From Eubacteriales bacterium (GTDB taxonomy: Bacteria; Bacillota; Clostridia; Oscillospirales; CAG-272): 64,000 bases of DNA. The stretch is taken from the NCBI GenBank assembly GCA_045132775.1, contig JBGUSX010000156.1:3062-67061 (forward strand), written 5' to 3'. The position numbers and the translations under genes were made by a program. Of the stretch, positions 62,369 through 64,000 are shown piece by piece. Position 1 is the first letter of the stretch; every line of letters begins with the position of its first letter. The notes under the pieces were generated by a model. It had not been told where the DNA came from. It was given only the letters and a program-made list of their open reading frames with translations, and did no database searches.

Positions 62369-64000
62369 TTATTTGTAGATATTATCTGCTATGTTTTTTG
62401 CACAAAGCCCTGCGGCTTCCAAGTACGTCTGCCCTGCCTCGCGCTTCACAAAAGGATCGTCTGCCGCCATAATTGTGTATTTCACTCCCTTAAGATAGCC
62501 CTTGCGTACCATCTCATCTGAAAGCAACATTCCAAATCCGCCCGATCTGATCTCTTCCTCAACAAACGTTACGGTTCTTATTCCTTTGTCCGAAACAACT
62601 AGCGATATTTCGTCGGCAAGTTTGGAATAAGGTGCAATATACTCACAAAGTATTATTCCCGCGCGTTTACCTCGACTTTCAAGAATCTTCTTCGCTTCAA
62701 TACATTCAGCCGCTATTCTGCCATGAGTAATTATGATATTTTCGGGCGGGTTCATTTCATCAAAATCCGTTCTTATTCCAACGTCATCATATCCAACGCC
62801 CGGATAAAATTCTCCGACAATCTTGCCGCTTTCCGCACCCGAGGGGTATCTTATCGCAGATACGCTGGGCTCATAAAGTGCCTGCTTGAGAGAACGCGCA
62901 AGTCCGCGATACGTCACGGGCGCATAGATCTTCACCCCGGGTATCTGCGAGAGAAACGCAACGTCAAATATTCCGTGATGAGTCGCTCCGTCAGAATTGT
63001 TGAAGCCTGCCCTGTCAATAGCAAGCACAACAGGTAAATTCTGCAATGCTGCATCGTGAATTATCTGATCGTATCCCCTCTGCAGAAAAGTGGAATATAC
63101 CGCAAAAACGGGCAAAAGTCCGTTTGCGGCAAGTCCTGCGGCGAAGGTGACCGCGTGCTCCTCCGCTATACCTACGTCGAAAAATCTTTCTTTGTATTTT
63201 TCCTCAAAGCAGTCAAGCCCCGTTCCCGTGCTCATCGCGGCGGTTATTGCACATACACGACCGTCGTTTTCCGCAAGACCGCATAATGCTTTGCCGAATT
63301 CTCTTGAAAAGCTTGTTTCTGATACCACACTTGATGCGGGTGCAACGCCGTGATATTTGCCGGGATTCGTCTCTGCAGGCTCGTATCCCTTACCCTTCTG
63401 CGTCTTTAAGTGAACGAGAACGTTCTCACCTGCATTCTTTGCGTGCTTAAGCAAAGCCTCTACACTCTCAAAATCATTTCCATCGGCAGGACCGAGATAA
63501 TAAAGACCGAGATCCTCAAAATACGTACTACCGTACAGAGCGTTTTTAACCGTCTTTTTCAGTCCTCTGATCCCCTTAAATATTGCGTTTCCAACAAGCG
63601 GTATCTTTTTGATGAAGGAAACCGTAAATCTCTTTACCCTAAAGTAGCTGTTCTTCTTGCGAAGCCTTGCAATACTTGCCGCAAACCTGCCTATATTTTT
63701 TGATATAGACATCTCGTTCTCGTTGAGAATAATTATAAGTCTGGTAAGGTCCTTATTAAGATTATTGAGTGCCTCGTGTATCATACCGCCGGTAAAAGCA
63801 CCGTCTCCGAGCACAACGACAGTATATGCGTCACTTCCCTTTATTTTATCCGCCTCCGCAAATCCTATCGCTGCGGAGAGACTTGTAGAACTGTGACCGG
63901 CACCAAAGCAGTCGTATTCGCTCTCATCTCTGTTTGTAAATCCCGAGAGTCCGCCTGATTTGCGCAAGGTGTCAAAACGGTCAAATCTTTCGGTCAAAAG
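62369..64000 (-). CDS. dxs: 1-deoxy-D-xylulose-5-phosphate synthase (partial; N-terminus lies beyond the window)
   Basis: 'GHSSTSLSAAIGFAEA', 'VVVLGDGAFTGGMIHEALN', 'FDVGIAEEHAVTFAAGLA', 'DGATHHGIFDVAFL'. The ORF is open to the window edge. Confidence 0.92.
   Translation of the reverse strand, partial: LLTERFDRFDTLRKSGGLSGFTNRDESEYDCFGAGHSSTSLSAAIGFAEADKIKGSDAYTVVVLGDGAFTGGMIHEALNNLNKDLTRLIIILNENEMSISKNIGRFAASIARLRKKNSYFRVKRFTVSFIKKIPLVGNAIFKGIRGLKKTVKNALYGSTYFEDLGLYYLGPADGNDFESVEALLKHAKNAGENVLVHLKTQKGKGYEPAETNPGKYHGVAPASSVVSETSFSREFGKALCGLAENDGRVCAITAAMSTGTGLDCFEEKYKERFFDVGIAEEHAVTFAAGLAANGLLPVFAVYSTFLQRGYDQIIHDAALQNLPVVLAIDRAGFNNSDGATHHGIFDVAFLSQIPGVKIYAPVTYRGLARSLKQALYEPSVSAIRYPSGAESGKIVGEFYPGVGYDDVGIRTDFDEMNPPENIIITHGRIAAECIEAKKILESRGKRAGIILCEYIAPYSKLADEISLVVSDKGIRTVTFVEEEIRSGGFGMLLSDEMVRKGYLKGVKYTIMAADDPFVKREAGQTYLEAAGLCAKNIADNIYK

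Overview
This 64 kb window looks like chromosome from a spore-forming Clostridia-type Firmicute. Supporting genes are spoIVA, an SLH-domain wall protein, rny, a YlbF-family gene and tmcAL. All calls come from reading the supplied ORF translations and the DNA by eye; no database search was run.

Most of the window is core housekeeping:
- sugar and uronate metabolism: uxaC, a 2-hydroxyacid dehydrogenase, and a Gfo/Idh/MocA oxidoreductase + sugar-phosphate isomerase + AraC cassette
- murA, spoIVA and radA
- a long co-directional minus-strand block: rny, pmbA/tldD, a HAD hydrolase, tgt, mutL, mutS, ylbF-like, miaB, folD, lgt, two M16 peptidases, sanA-like, mrp/apbC, rpmF and yceD
- then tmcAL, mutS2 and a partial dxs

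No rRNA, tRNA, CRISPR array, transposase, integrase or phage structural gene was seen.

The accessory or unusual content is:
1. A 1067-aa protein (562-3765) with a cytoplasmic zinc ribbon and TIR domain, one TM helix, three 44-aa tandem repeats and BspA-type LRRs. This is an inverted Toll-like-receptor layout. It is flanked by a GC-rich, hairpin-dense non-coding block and an unusual upstream region.
2. A three-gene operon (31247-36719) encoding TerB-N/TerB-C, a DUF2791/BrxD-like ATPase and an Lhr-like DExH helicase. It sits between radA and rny, has its own consensus promoter and terminator, and matches the Shango (SngABC) anti-phage architecture.
3. A nucleotide house-cleaning islet (19.8-24.4 kb). 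It includes a Sel1-repeat ORF and a NUDIX ORF in the same frame, separated by a single TAG.
4. An ABC-DUF1854-ABC operon whose two transporters both carry N-terminal zinc-ribbon extensions.
5. An orphan MutS-domain-V paralogue, possibly co-transcribed with a PHP phosphoesterase.
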